This document shows positions 49,961 to 63,499 of a stretch of DNA of 64,000 nt, one piece after another. The stretch's first letter is position 1, and each line of letters starts with the position of its first letter. Below the pieces are notes generated by a model, which was given only the letters and a program-made list of their open reading frames with translations, ran no database searches and was not told the DNA's origin. Position numbers and translations under genes: made by a program. This stretch comes from Mobula hypostoma (Eukaryota): NCBI RefSeq assembly GCF_963921235.1, contig NC_086097.1, positions 187,428,001 through 187,492,000 of the forward strand. The letters run 5' to 3'.

Positions 49961-50924
49961 CCAAGCACTATTCATTTAGGACCTGAATTATATCCCCTTG
50001 TTTCCATGTGACAACCTATTCTTTCCCTACTTACCTTCCTCCTCCTAATCTACTTACTAAATTGAGAAAAATAAGAAACCTTCCATTTGTTAATAAATTT
50101 AATCTTTGCATTGGATTTAGAAGTGTTATTTAGCTGCAGTGCAGGTCTCTAAAAGCATACATTTTGTTGTAAGTTTTGTTATGACACCTCTCGATTCCAG
50201 GGAGAGATACTGATACACTCATGCCAACCTTGTAGTAGGCACCCATCCTTTGCCAACACTTTCCTGTCAATGAAAGTGTGTGTGGCAGATACAGATAGGT
50301 TCCGTTATTTATTGTGTAAATTTGATTCCTATTATGATGAGGAGAGCTGAGGGAAAAAAATTATTACTAATACCATTTTCAGATTGTTAATTAGAAGAGA
50401 ATGTGGTTCATGAGGGAGGTGGGAAGTTATGAGGACATTGTCAGTGCCATTGTTAGCTATAGCTGTGGCAATGGTCATCTTAATACTAGTACCACAGGTA
50501 AATTGGTATTCCTGTCTTTTCTGATTACTGGCACCAGCTGTGTGCTGCCTTTCCCTCCATGAGTGAGGGAAGTCTGTCAATGGGTCAAAAGAAAATAATG
50601 TTGGATATTTTTAGCAGATGCAGAAAGAGAAATAGAGTTAACCTTTCAGACTGATGACCCTTTGTCAATTATTTCAACATATTCAGGTTACACAGCTCTG
50701 ATTGGATGGCAGAGTATGTAAACCAAGATGTTGGTGCAAAGCTGAGAGTGCGAGAGTAAGGTAAAGCACGTGTTATAGTGTCATACTGTCATGGAATCAT
50801 ACTGCACAGAACAGGCCCTTTGGCCCATCAAGTCTCTGCCAACCAACAAGCACTAATCCTAAACATATACCTTTAAATTCTCACCACATTATCTTCAACT
50901 TCTCTCTTCTTCTATCACTCATCT

Positions 50925-51126
50925 ATACTGTAGGGGGCGATTTACATTAATCATTTAACCTACCAATCAGTATGTTCTTGGGATGGGAGATGAAACTGGA
51001 GCACCCAGAGGAAGCTCACAGGGTTACTAGGAGAATGTATAAATTCCACATTGACAACACTTGAAGTCAAGACTGAATCCGGGTCACTGATCTGTGAGGC
51101 AATAGCTTTAGTATCTGCACTATCGT
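50925..51126 (-). mobile_element. HE1-like tRNA-derived SINE
   Basis: Reverse complement has gcctcacag...gacccggattcagtc (B-box-like)...cttcctctgggtgctccagtttc...ggtaggttaa. Confidence 0.7.
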
Positions 51127-52069
51127 TACATCCAAATGTTATGCAAAACTGAATTCAAATAGATTGCCACTACTTGAGTGTTGGGCAGCTGCCTACTCCC
51201 ACTGCCTTCTGACTGTGTACCTGATGAGCTTCTTGGGTCTTTGTAGTTCAGGACATTACATATAAAACTCACTAAGAAACCCATAGGTACCACCCACAAA
51301 CAGTGGTGATGTGTAGATGATCTCATACAAGTGTATGATGCAAATGCCATGTTCTTTGAAAGCTGCTCTCTCTTATTTAAGTTGTCAAGCCATTTGTTAT
51401 AAATAGTATAAAATTAAAATAACAGAAGAGTTTCAACAATTTGCACTCAGATTAAATGAGCACATGTTCCTTCAGTGAAGAATATAATTACTTTAAAATG
51501 GCAAATGTATAATTCACAACACACCTATGTATCTAATCACTAGGGGTCTGTACTAAGGAATTACAACAGTAAGAAATAAGTCAGATTTTATAAGCATTAA
51601 GGGAGTTTCCATCTCTAGAATCCTATTTTCATATCATTTTCTGGTAAATATATGGAATGGACTCGTTAGTTCATTGTTGCATCATGAAAAGAGTTAAGTC
51701 AGTTCTTTGCTTTGGGCTCCTTAAAATACATTGCCTGTGCTTGAGAAAATATTCATTTGGAATGCTGACAGTGACTTAAAATGCTCTGCTGCCTGCAGTG
51801 AAGATAACTTCCAGTTCCGCACTGAATCTGTCAGCCACTGAATCAGTTTAATCATGTTTATACTCATTTTGCCCTTTTTACTGAAGCCTTTTCCATTTTT
51901 CTGATCACCCATAGCTACACTTGACTGAGAAGCAGCCAGCATATTCTGATCAGTAAAATAGCTTCTGGGAAACTTCAGAAGAAAAGGTAAAGGGATTTGG
52001 AATAAAATAACTTTTTTTTTAAAAAAGTACAGAACATGAAAAAGTAGTCACAATACTGTTGAATAGTTA

Positions 52070-55000
52070 AACCATAAGACCATAGGACATTGGAGCAGAA
52101 TTAGGCCATCTGGCCCATTGAGTCTGCCCCACCATTTAATCATGGCTGATCCTTTTTTTTCTCCTCCTCAACCCAGTTCCTGGCCTTCTCCCTGTAACCT
52201 TTGATGCCATGTCCAATCAAGAACCTATCAATCTCTGCCGTAAATATACCCAAAGACCTGCCCTTGATAGCTGCATGTGGCAACAAATTCCACAAATTCA
52301 CCACCTTTTGACTAGAGAAATTTCTCCAAAACTCTTTTGAAAGGGCACCCTCTATGTTCAGGCTGTGAACTCTTGTCCTAGATTCTCCCACCATGGGAAA
52401 CATCCTTTCCGCATCTACTCTGTCCAGGCCTTTCAACATTTGAAAAGTTTCAGTGAGATCCCCCCTCATCCTTCTGAATTCCAGCGAGTACAGACCCAGA
52501 GCCATCAAATATTCCTCATATGATAACACCTTCATCCCTAGAATCATCCTTGTGAACCTCCTCTGGACCCTCTCCAATGCCAGCACAAGTTTTCTAAGAT
52601 GAGGAGCCCAAATTGTTCACAAATATACTCAAGGCAAGGCCTCACCAGTGCCTTATAAAGCCTCAGTATCACATCCCTGCCCTTGTATTCTAGACCTCTT
52701 GAAATGAACGCTAACATTGCATTTGCCTTCCTCACCACCAACTCGACCTGCAAGTTAACCTCTAGGGTGTTCTGCACAAAGACTCCCAAGACGCTTTGCA
52801 TCTCAGATTTTTGGATTTTCTCCCTGTTTAGAAAATAGTCTGCACATTTAAGAGGTGGTCCCAGCACTGACCACTGCGGAACACCACTAGTCATTAGCAG
52901 CCAACCAGACAAGGATTCTTTTATTCCCACTCGATGCCTCCTACCAGTCAGCCAATTCTCAATCTATGTTAGTAATTTTCCTGTATTCCATGGGCTCTTA
53001 ACTTGGTAAGCAGTCTTATATGTGGCATGTAGTCAAAACCTTTCTGAAAGTCCAAATATACAACATCTACTACATCCCCTTTATCTATTCTACTTGTAAT
53101 GCCCTCAAAGAATTCCAACAGGTTCATCAGGCAAGATTTTCCCCATGCTGACTTTGTACTATCTTGTCCTGTGTCACCAAGTACTCCATTAACTCATCCT
53201 TAACAATTGACTCTAACATCTTCCCAATCACTGAGGTCAGGCTAACTGGTCTATAATTTTCTCTCTGCTGCCTCCCTCCTTTCTTAAAGAGTGGAGTAAC
53301 ATTTGCAATTTTCCAGTCCTCTGGCACCATGCCAGAGTCCAATGATTTTTGAAAGATCATTTCTAATGCCACCACAATCTCTAATGCTACCTCTTTCAGA
53401 ACCCTAGGGTGCAGTTCCTCTGGTCCAGGTGACTTATGTACCTTTAGGTCTTTCAGCTTTTTGAGCACCTTCTCTCTTGTAACAGTAACTGCACCCGCTT
53501 CTCTTCCTTCACACACTACAACATCTGGCATACTGCTAGTGTCTTCCACAGTGAAGGCTGATGCAAAATACTCATTTAGTTCATCAGTTATCTCCTTGTC
53601 CCCCATTATTATTTGTCCTGCCTCATTTTCTAGCAGTCCTACATCCACTCTCATTTCTCTTTTATTTTTAACATACTTGAAAAAACTTTTACTATCAACT
53701 TTGCTAGCTTGCTTTCATATTTCATCTTATCCCTTCTAATGATTTTTTTAGTTGCTCTCCATAGGTTTTTTAAAACTTCCCAATCCTCTTATCTTCCCAC
53801 TAATTTTTGCTTTGTTGTAGGCCTCTTCTTTTGCTTTTACGATAGCTTTAACTTCTCTTGTCTGCCACAGTTGTACTATTTTACCATTTGATTATTTCTT
53901 CATTTTTGGAATACATACGTGCTGCACCTTGCTTATTTTTCCCAGAAACGCATGCCATTGCTGCTCTGCTGACATCCCTGCCAGCAGCTCCTCCCAATTT
54001 ACTTTGGCCAACTCCTCTCTCATATCACTGTAATTTCCCTTACTCCACTGAAATACTGCTACATCAGACTTTACTATCTCCCTTTCAAATTTCAAATTGA
54101 ACTCAATCATATTGTGGTTTTTTGGAGGAATCACAATCCTAAGGGTTCTTCTACCTTAAGCTCCCTAATCACCTCCAGTTCATTACATAACGACCAATCC
54201 AGTATAACTGATCCCTTAGTAGGCTCAACGACAAACTGCTCTAAAAAGCCATCTCTTAGGCATTGAACAAACTCAATCTCTTGAGATCCATTACCAACCT
54301 GATTTTCCCAATCGACCTGCATGTTAAAATCTCCCATGACTATCATTACATTGCCTTTTTGAAACGCCTTTTCTGTCTTCTGTTGTAATCTATGGTCCAC
54401 ATCCCAGCCACTGTTGGGAGGCCTGTATATAACTGCCATCAGGGTCCTTGTACCCTTGCAGTTTCTTAACTCAACCCACAAGGATTCAACATCTTCCGAT
54501 CCAATGTCACACCTTTCTGCTGATTTAATGCCATTCTTTACCAGTAGAGCCACACCACCCCTCTGCTTACCTTCCTATCCCTCTGATACAATGTGGAACC
54601 TTGGACATTCAGCTCCCAACTACAACCATCCTTCAACCATGATTCAGTGATGGCCACAACATCATACCTGGCAACCTGTAATAGTGCAACAAGGTCATCC
54701 ACCTTATTTCTTATTCTACATGCATTTAGATACAACACCTTGAGTACCGTATTTGCTATCCTTTATAGAATAGTACAGCCCAGTACAGGCCCTTCGGACC
54801 ACAATGTTGTGCCGACCCTCAGACCCTGCCTCCCGTATAAGCCCCTAACTTAAATTCCTCCATATACCTGTCCAGTAGTCTCTTAAACTTCACTAGTATA
54901 TCTGCCTCCACCACTAACTCAGGCAGTGCTTTCCACGTGCCAACCACTCTCTGAGTAAAAAACCTTCCTCCAATATCCCCCTTGAACTTCCCACCCCTTA

Positions 55001-58000
55001 CCTTAAAGCCATGTCCTCTTGTATTGAGCAGTGGTGCCCTGGGGAAGAGGCGCTGGCTATCCACTCTATCTACTCCTCTTATTATCTTGTACACCTCTAT
55101 CATGTCTCCTCTCATCCTCCTCCTCTCCAAAGAGTAAAGGCCTAGCTCCCTTAATCTCTGATCATAATCCAGTCTCTGAACTAGGCAGCATCCTGGTAAA
55201 TCTCCTCTGTACCCTTTCCAATGCTTCCACATCCTTCCTATAGTGAGGCGACCAGAACTGGACACAGTACTCCAAGTGTGGTCTAACCAGAGTTTTATAG
55301 AGCTACATCATTACATCGCGACTCTTAAACTCCACACTACCAAGTATCCTACCATTTACTTTGTACTCTGCCTTGGAGTTTGTCCTTCCAAAGTGTACCA
55401 CCTCACACTTCTCCGGGTTGAATTCCATCTGCCACGTCTCAGCCCACTTCTGCATCCTATCAATGTCTCTCTGCAATCTTTGACAATCCTCTACACTATC
55501 TACAACACCACCAACCTTTGTGTCGTCTGCAAACATGCCAACCCACCCTTCTACCCTAACGTTAATAAAAATCACGAAAACTAGAGGTCCCAGAACAGAT
55601 CCTTGTGGGACACCATTAGTCACAATCCTCCAATCTGAATGTACTCCCTCCACCACGACCCTCTGCCTTCTGCAGGCAAGCCAATTCTGAATCCACCTGG
55701 CCAAACTTCCCTGGATCCCATGCCTTCTGACATTCTGAATAAGCCTACTGTGTGGAACCTTGTCAAATGCCTTACTAAAATCCATATAGATCACATCCAC
55801 TGCACTACCCTCATCTATATGCCTGGTCACCTCCTCAAAGAACTCTATCAGGCTTGTTAGACATGATCTGCCCTTCACAAAACCATGCTGACTGTCCCTG
55901 ATCAGACCATGATTCGCTAAATGCCCATAAATCTTATTTCTAAGAATCTTTTCCAACAGCTTTCCCACCACAGACGTAAGGCTCACTGGTCTATAATTAC
56001 CCGGACTATCCCTACTACCTTTTCTGAACAAGAGGACAACATTCACCTCCCTCCAATCCTCCGGTATCATTCCCGTGGACAACGAGGACATAAAGATCCT
56101 AGCCAGAGGCTCAGCAATCTCTTCCCTCGCCTCATGGAGCAGCCCAGGGAATATTCCGTCAGGCCCCGGGGAATTATCTGTCCTAATGTATTTTAACAAC
56201 TCCAACACCTCCTCTCCCTTAATATCAACATGCTCCAGAACATCAACCTCACTCGTATTGTCCTCATCATCATCAAGTTCCCTCTCACTGGTGAATACCG
56301 AAGAGAAATATTCATTGAGGACCTCGCTCACTTCCACATCTTCCCACCTCTATCTCTAATCGGTCCTACTTTCACTGCTGTCATCCATTTTTGCTTCACA
56401 TAATTGAAGAATGCCTTGGTGTTTTCCTTTACCCTACTCACCAAGGCCTTCTCGTGACCCCTTCTTGCTCTTCTCAGCCCCTTCTTAAGCTCCTTTCTTG
56501 CTTCCCTATATTCCTCAATAGACCCATCTGATCCTTGCTTCCTAAACCTCATGTATGTTGCCTTCTTCCACCTGACTAGATTTTCTACCTCACTTGTCAC
56601 CCATGGTTCCTTCACCCTACCATTCTTTATCTTCCTCACCAGGACAAATTTATCTCTAATATCCAGCAAGAGATCTCTAAACATCGACCACATGTCCGTA
56701 GTACATTTCCCTGCAAAAACATCATCCCAATTCACACCTGCAAGTTCTAGCCTTATAACCTCATAATTTGCCCTTCCCCAATTAAAAATTTTCCTGTCCT
56801 CTCTGATTCTATCTTCTGCCACGATAATGCTAAAAGCCAGGGAGCAGTGGTCACTGTCCCGCAGATGCTCACCCACTGAGAGACCTGTGACCTGACCCGG
56901 TTCATTACCTAGTACTAGATCTAGTATGGCATTTCCCCTAGTCGGCCTGTCTACATACTGTGACAGGAATCCATCCTGGACACACTTAACAAACTCTGCC
57001 CCATCTAAACCCTTGGAACTAATCAGGTGCCAATCAATATTAGGGAAGTTAAAGTCACCCATGATAACAACCCTGTTATTTTTGCACCTTTCCAAAATCT
57101 GCCTCCCAATCTGATCCTCTGTATCTCTGCTGCTACCAGGGGGCCTATAGAATACCCCCAATAGAGTAACTGCTCCCTTCCTGTTCCTAACTTCCACCCA
57201 TATTGACTCAAAAGAGGATTCTGCTACATAACCCATCCTTTCAGTAGCTGTAATAGTATCCCTGACCAGTAATGCCACCCCTCCTCCCCTTTTTCCACCC
57301 TCTCTATCCCTTTTAAAGCACTGAAATCCAGGAATATTGAGAATCCATTCCTGCTCTGGTGCCAGCCAAGTCTCTGTAATGGCCACTACATCATAATTCC
57401 ATGTATATATCCAAGCTCTCAGTTTATCACCTTTGTTCCTGATGCTTCTTGCATTGAGGTACAAACATCTCAGCCCTTCTACCTTACTGTCTTTACACCA
57501 TTTATTCTGCTTCTCTTTCCTCAAAGCCTCTCTATATGTTAGATCTGGCTTAACTCCATGCACTTCTTTCACTGCTCTATCGCTCTGGGTCCCATCCCCC
57601 TCGCAAATTAGTTTAAACCCTCCCGAACCATGCCAGCGAACCTACCTGCAAGGATATTGCTCCCCCTCGAGTTCAGGTGCAACCCATCCAATCTGTACAG
57701 GTCCCACCTTCCCCAGAAGAGATCCCAATGATCCAAAATTCTAAAACCCTGCTCCCTGCACCAACTCCTCAGCCACGCATTCAACTGCCATCTCCTCCAA
57801 TTCTTACCATCACTGTCACTTAGCACTGGCAGCAATCCTGAGAACGCCACCCTTGAGGTCCTGTTCTTCAGCCTTCCGCCTAGTTCCCGAAACTCACACT
57901 TCAGGACCTCATCCCTCTTCCTGCCTATGTCGTTGGTCCAACACGTATCACGACTTCAGGTTGCTTTCCCTCTCATACCAGGATGTCATGCATACGGTCA

Positions 58001-58563
58001 GAGACATCCCGGACCCTGGCACCCGGGAGGTAACAAACCATGCGGGTGTCCTTCTCACGTCCACAAAATCTCCTGTCTGCTCCCTTGACTATAGAGTCTC
58101 CAATGATGACAGCTCTCCTCTTCTCTGTCCCACCCTTCTGCAGCACCGGGTCAGACTCAGTGCCGGAGGCCCTGCTTTCTGATTCTGTGTCCCTAATGTT
58201 TGCTGCAACTAAGTCCCATCACCTGCCTGCTCTTACTGACAGTATGACCGCACACTATCTTTACTTTTTTACAATCTACCCTATCCTGAGTCCCTTCACT
58301 CCGGTACCAACCCCATGCCAAATTAGTTTAAACCCTCCCCAACAGCTCTTACAAACCTGCCCACAAGAATATTGGTTCAAGTGCAACCCGTCACTTTTGA
58401 ACAGGTCATACCTCCCCCAGAAGACATCCAATGATCCAAGAACCTGAAGCCCTGCTCACTGCACCAGTTTCTCAGCCACGCATTTATCTGCCAAATCATC
58501 CTGCTTCTACCCTTACTGGCGCATGGCACAGGCAGCAATTCAGAAATAATGGCTGGGAGGTGG
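52070..58563 (-). mobile_element. Older CR1 LINE (52070-54764 and 58175-58563) split by a younger CR1
   Basis: APE/RT ORFs 52140-54738; sequence resumes after 58175 with ORF1 end (WLRNWCSEQGFRFLDHW). Confidence 0.92.
54765..58174 (-). mobile_element. Younger CR1 LINE: ORF1 esterase C-terminal part and nearly intact ORF2
   Basis: 414-aa APE ORF (56328-57572), 344-aa RT ORF (55303-56337, FADD); ORF1 DGLHLN; cttt on both flanks (54761-54764, 58175-58178). Confidence 0.95.
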
Positions 58564-58689
58564 ACCACAGATTATGCAGTTATTATCTCATAGTAAAAAT
58601 CTCTTCCCTGATGGTTTTCTGATTCATTGCCACACTGATAGAAAGATGTTGCTGTATATTTCATCCTTGGTCTGTGTTGAGTTTTTTTT

Positions 58690-59378
58690 AATTGATTGGA
58701 ATTGACTTTATTACTTCCATCTTTCATATACATGAGGAGTAAAAATCTTTACGTTATGTCTCCCATCTAAATGTGCAATGTGCAATTTATAATAAATAGT
58801 ATGTACAACAGGACAGTCAATATAACATAGAAATACAGTTGCGTCAGCATGAATTAATCAGTCTGATGGCCTGGTGGAAGAAGCTGTCCTGGAGCCTGTT
58901 GGCCCTGGCTTTTATGCTACGGTACTGTTTCCTGGATAGTAGCAGCTGGAACAGTTTGTGGTTGGGGTGACTCGGGTCCCCAATAAACCTTTGGACTGTT
59001 TTAAACAGCTGCCTTTGTAAATGTCCTGAATAGTGGGAAGTTAACATCTACAGATGTGCTGGACGATCTGCACCACTGTCTGCAGAGTCCTGTGATTGAG
59101 GGAAGTACAGTTCCCATACCAAACGGTGATACAGCTAGTCAGAATGCTCTCAATTGTGCCCCTGTAGAAAGTCCTTAGAATTTGGGGACTCACGCCAAAT
59201 TTTTTCAACCGTCTGAGGTGAAAGAGGCACCGTTGTGCTTATTTCACCACACAGCCGGTATGTACAGACCACGTGAAGTCCTCGGTGATGTGGATGCCAA
59301 GGAACTTAAAGCTGTTCACCCTCTCAACCCCAGATCCATTGATGTCAAAAGGTGTTAGCTTGCCTCCGTTCCTCCTGA
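58690..59378 (-). mobile_element. Rex1/Babar-like LINE 3' fragment (same subfamily as 47489-48013)
   Basis: DPSHPNHKLFQLL...DSFFHQAIRL; same 3' UTR and aattg-type tail. Confidence 0.9.
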
Positions 59379-59379
59379 T

Positions 59380-59845
59380 CAATACTAACCCATCACCACC
59401 ATTACCCTATCATTTCATGTACAGACACTCATCTGGTCCATACCCTCCAAATATCCGGACCTACCTCTCGGTTTTTTTTTGCACTACCTTACTTTCCATT
59501 TTCTATTTTCTATTTATGATTTATAATTTAAATTTTTAATATCTACTATCGATTTGTACTCCAGGGAGCGGGAAGGGCAGAATCAAATATCGCTGTGATG
59601 ATTGTACGTTCTACTATCAATTGTTTGGCAACAATAAAGTATAAAGTATCTGCCTATTATCACCATATGAACATAATCTATGTATATAAGCTATCTCATG
59701 TATTTCTATTGGTCGTGTTTTTATTATTGTGTTCTTTAGCTTATTGTGTTTTTTTTTGTGCTGCATCACATCCAGTGTAACAATGATTACATTCTCCTTT
59801 ACGTCACTATACTGGAAATGACATTAAACAATCTTGAATTTTGAA
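59380..59845 (+). mobile_element. Nested Rex1-like 3' UTR tails
   Basis: Outer tail like 2960-3036/5314-5512 (attaaacaatcttgaat); inner insert about 59437-59648 ending aataaagtataaagta. Confidence 0.6.
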
Positions 59846-60471
59846 TGTTGTATTTAGAGAATCCAATGTGCTTCCCAAATGACAAATCAAGTTCCCTTAT
59901 GAAATCATTTAAGTACACTTCTGTTCTTTCAGTCACAATGAACATCAGATTGGCACAGCAAGAAATATATTCTATCCCCAGGAGACTCAAATGTTCCTGC
60001 AAGTATTACATAAATTGTAAAATACTCTGGGCTCTTATTTAACCTTGAGAGGACACGATGTTGCTAATTATCCAAGAAAACAGTTTTCCAAGAGCACAAA
60101 ATAAGGAATATTCTATTCAAACAAGTCAGGCCAAAATGTAATACCAGAACATAAGTAAAATCAAAGCTGGAAGTTTGGAAATCAAAGAGAACCCTGTTGC
60201 AGCCTCATCAGCTTCCAGGAAAAATTTATTAGGTGTGTTAAATTGAAAACTTAAGGTACATGATTAGAAAAAGTCACCTTCAGCTGTTAACTTCTAATTA
60301 GACAACACTGTATTTTCAGAATGATAAGATATTGGAGCAGCATTTTGCCAAAACTGAAAGCTGATGTTGTTCCATTGCAAGAAACCAGGAGCCCAGGACC
60401 TGCATGAACAGATTCACCAATTACCAATAACTTAAACAAACAGATTTTAAGACTGCTAAATAAATAGTTTA

Positions 60472-61140
60472 AGAAACATAGAAACATAGAAAAACTACAG
60501 CACAATACAGGCCCTTCAGCCCACAATGCAGTGGCGACCATGTACAGGCAATTACTTTAGAAATTACCTAGGGTTACCCATAGCCCTCTATTTTCCTAGG
60601 CTCCATGTACCTATCCAGGAGTCTCTTAAAAGACCCTATCGTATCCACCTCCACCACCGTTGCTGGCAGCCCATTCCACGCGTCCACCACTCTGCTCAAA
60701 AAACTTACCCCCTTGACATCTCCTCTGTACCTACTTCCAAGCACCTCAAAACTGTTCCCTCTTGTGATAGCCATTTCATCCCTGGGAAAAAGCCTCTGAC
60801 TAGCCACATGATCAATGCCTCTCGTCATCTTATACACCTCTATCAGGTCACCTCTCATCCTCCGTTGCTCCAAGGAGAAAAGGCTAAGTTCACTCAACCT
60901 ATTCTCATAAGACATGCACCCCAGTTAGGCAACATCCTTGTAAATCTCCTCTCCACTCTTTCTATAGTTTCCACATCCTTCCTGTAGTGAGGTGACCAGA
61001 ACTAAGCACAGCACTCCAAGTGGGGTCTGATCTGGGTCCAATGTTGCTGTAACATTATCCCTTAAACTCAATCCCATGATGGATGAAGGCCAATGCATCA
61101 TATGCCTTCTTAACCACACAGTCAACCTGCATAGCAGCTT
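60472..61140 (-). mobile_element. CR1 3' fragment
   Basis: YENRLSELSLFSLEQRRMRGDLIEVYK; gaaacatagaaacatagaaa tail. Confidence 0.9.
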
Positions 61141-61359
61141 TGATCTGGGTTTTCAGTATCTGCAACATCTCATGTGTTTACAACATTCTGGTGAATTTCT
61201 TCTGCACCCCCCTGAATCCCCCATCTCTTTCCTGTAATATAATGATGAGAGCTGCACGCTAATTTGAGTCTTATCTAACTGAAGTTTTATAAAGCAGCAA
61301 CAGGACTTGTCAACTTTTGTACTCAATAGGGTTACCAAATAAGACAGAACAGAAACAAG

Positions 61360-63198
61360 CTAGAAACCATAGAAACTACAGCACAGAAATAGGCCTTTTG
61401 GCCCTTCTTGGCTGTGCCGAACCATCTTCTGCTTAGTCCCACTGACCTGCACACGGACCATATCCCTCCATACACCTCCCATCCATGTATCTGTCCAATT
61501 TATTCTTAAATGTTAAAAAAGAACCCGCATTTACCACCTCATCTGGCAGCTCATTCCATACTCCCACCACTCTCTGTGTGAAGAAGCCCCCGCTAATGTT
61601 CCCTTTAAACTTTTCCCCCCTCACCCTTAACCCATGTCCTCTCGTTTTTTTCTCCCCTTGCCTCAGTGGAAAAAGCCTGCTTGCATTCACTCTATCAACA
61701 CCCATCATAATTTTATATACCTCTGTCAAATCTCCCCTCATTCTTCTACGCTCCAGGGAATAAAGTCCTAACCTATTCAACCTTTCTCTGTAACTGAGTT
61801 TCTCAAGTCCCGGCAACATCCTTGTAAACCTTCTCTGCACTCTTTCAACCTTATTTATATCCTTTCTATAATTTGGTGACCAAAACTGAACACAATACTC
61901 CAGATTCGGCCTCACCAATGCCTTATACAACCTCATCATAACATTCCAGCTCTTATACTCAATACTTTGATTAATAAAGGCCAATGTACCAAAAGCTGTC
62001 TTTACAACCCTATCTACCTGTGATGCTACTTATAGGGAATTTTGTATCTGTATTCCCACTTCCCTCTGTTCCACTGCACTCCTCAGTGCCTTACCATTAA
62101 CCCTGTATGTTCTACCTTGGTCTGTCCTTCCAACGTGCAATACCTCACACTTGTCTGTATTAAACTCCATCTGCCATTTTTCAGCCCATTTTTCCAGCTG
62201 GTCCAAGTCCCTCTGCAGGCTCTGAAAACCTTCCTCACTGTCTACTACACCTCCAATCTTTGTATCATCAGCAAATTTGCTGATCCAATTTACCACATTA
62301 TCATCCAGATCATTGATATAGATGACAAATAACAATGGACCCAGCACTGATCCCTGTGGCACACCACTAGCCACAGGCCTCCACTCAGGGAAGCAATTCT
62401 CTACTACCACTCTTTGGCTGCTTCCATTGACTTAATGTCTAATCCAATTTACCACCTCTCCATGTATACCTAGCGACTGAATTTTCCTAACTAACCTCCC
62501 ATGCGGGACCTTGTCAAAGGCCTTACTGAAGTCCATGTAGACAATATCCACTGCCTTCCCTTCATCCACTTTCCTGGTAACCTCCTCGAAAGGCTCCAAG
62601 AGATTGGTCAAACATGACCTACCACAAAGTCATGTTGACTTTCCCTAATAAGTCCCTGTCTATCCAAATGCTTATAGGTTCTGTCTCTTAGTACTCCCTC
62701 CAATAACTTACCTACTACCGACGTTAAACTTACCAGTCTATAATTTCCCAGATTACTTTTCCATCCTTTTTTAAACAACGGAACAACATGAGCCACTCTC
62801 CAATCCTCTGGCACCTCACCTGTAGACAGTGACATTTTAAATATTTCTGCCAGGGCCCCTGCAATTTCAACACTAATCTCCTTCAAGGTCCAAGGGAACA
62901 CCCTATCAGGTCCCGGGGATTTATCCACTTTAATTTTCCTCAAGACAGCAAGGACCTCCTCCTTTTCGATCTGTACAGTTTCCATGATCTCACTACCTGT
63001 TTCCCTTAATTCCATATAGACTTCATGCCAGTTTCCTTAGTAAATACAGACGCAAAAAACCTATTTAAGATCTCCCCCATTTCCTTTGGTTCTGCACATA
63101 GCTGACCACTCTGATCTTCAAGAGGACCAATTTTATCCCTTACAATCCTTTTGCTCTTAATATACCTGTAAAAGCTCTTTGGATTATCCTTCACTTTG
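61360..63198 (-). mobile_element. 5'-truncated CR1 (RT and 3' tail)
   Basis: ORFs 61433-63194: GVPQGSVLGP, FADDTK, WAEKWQMEFN, FFTQRVVGVWNELP. Confidence 0.95.
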
Positions 63199-63499
63199 AA
63201 GCTATTTGGGCCTTGTGGTCTATGCTGACTATAGCATCGTCTGTGCTAATCCCAGTTGCTGTATTCAACACATAACCCTTCCCCCAACTCCATCCAAGTA
63301 CCTATTTGAATGCCTCTTAAAAATTGGAATTTTACGTTCCTCAATCATTTCCTCTGGCAACTCATTGCAGGCACTCACTACACTCTGTATAAAGAAGCTA
63401 CCTATCCAGTCACTTTTAAATAACTTCCCTCTTATCTTGTATCTGTGCCCTCTAGTTTTGGACTCCCCTACCCTGGAAAAGGACTATGACCGCCCGTAA

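Noticed and set aside
60320..60407. Peptide LKADVVPLQETR resembling the L1 endonuclease motif
   Set aside because: Short isolated match with no other L1 motifs nearby.
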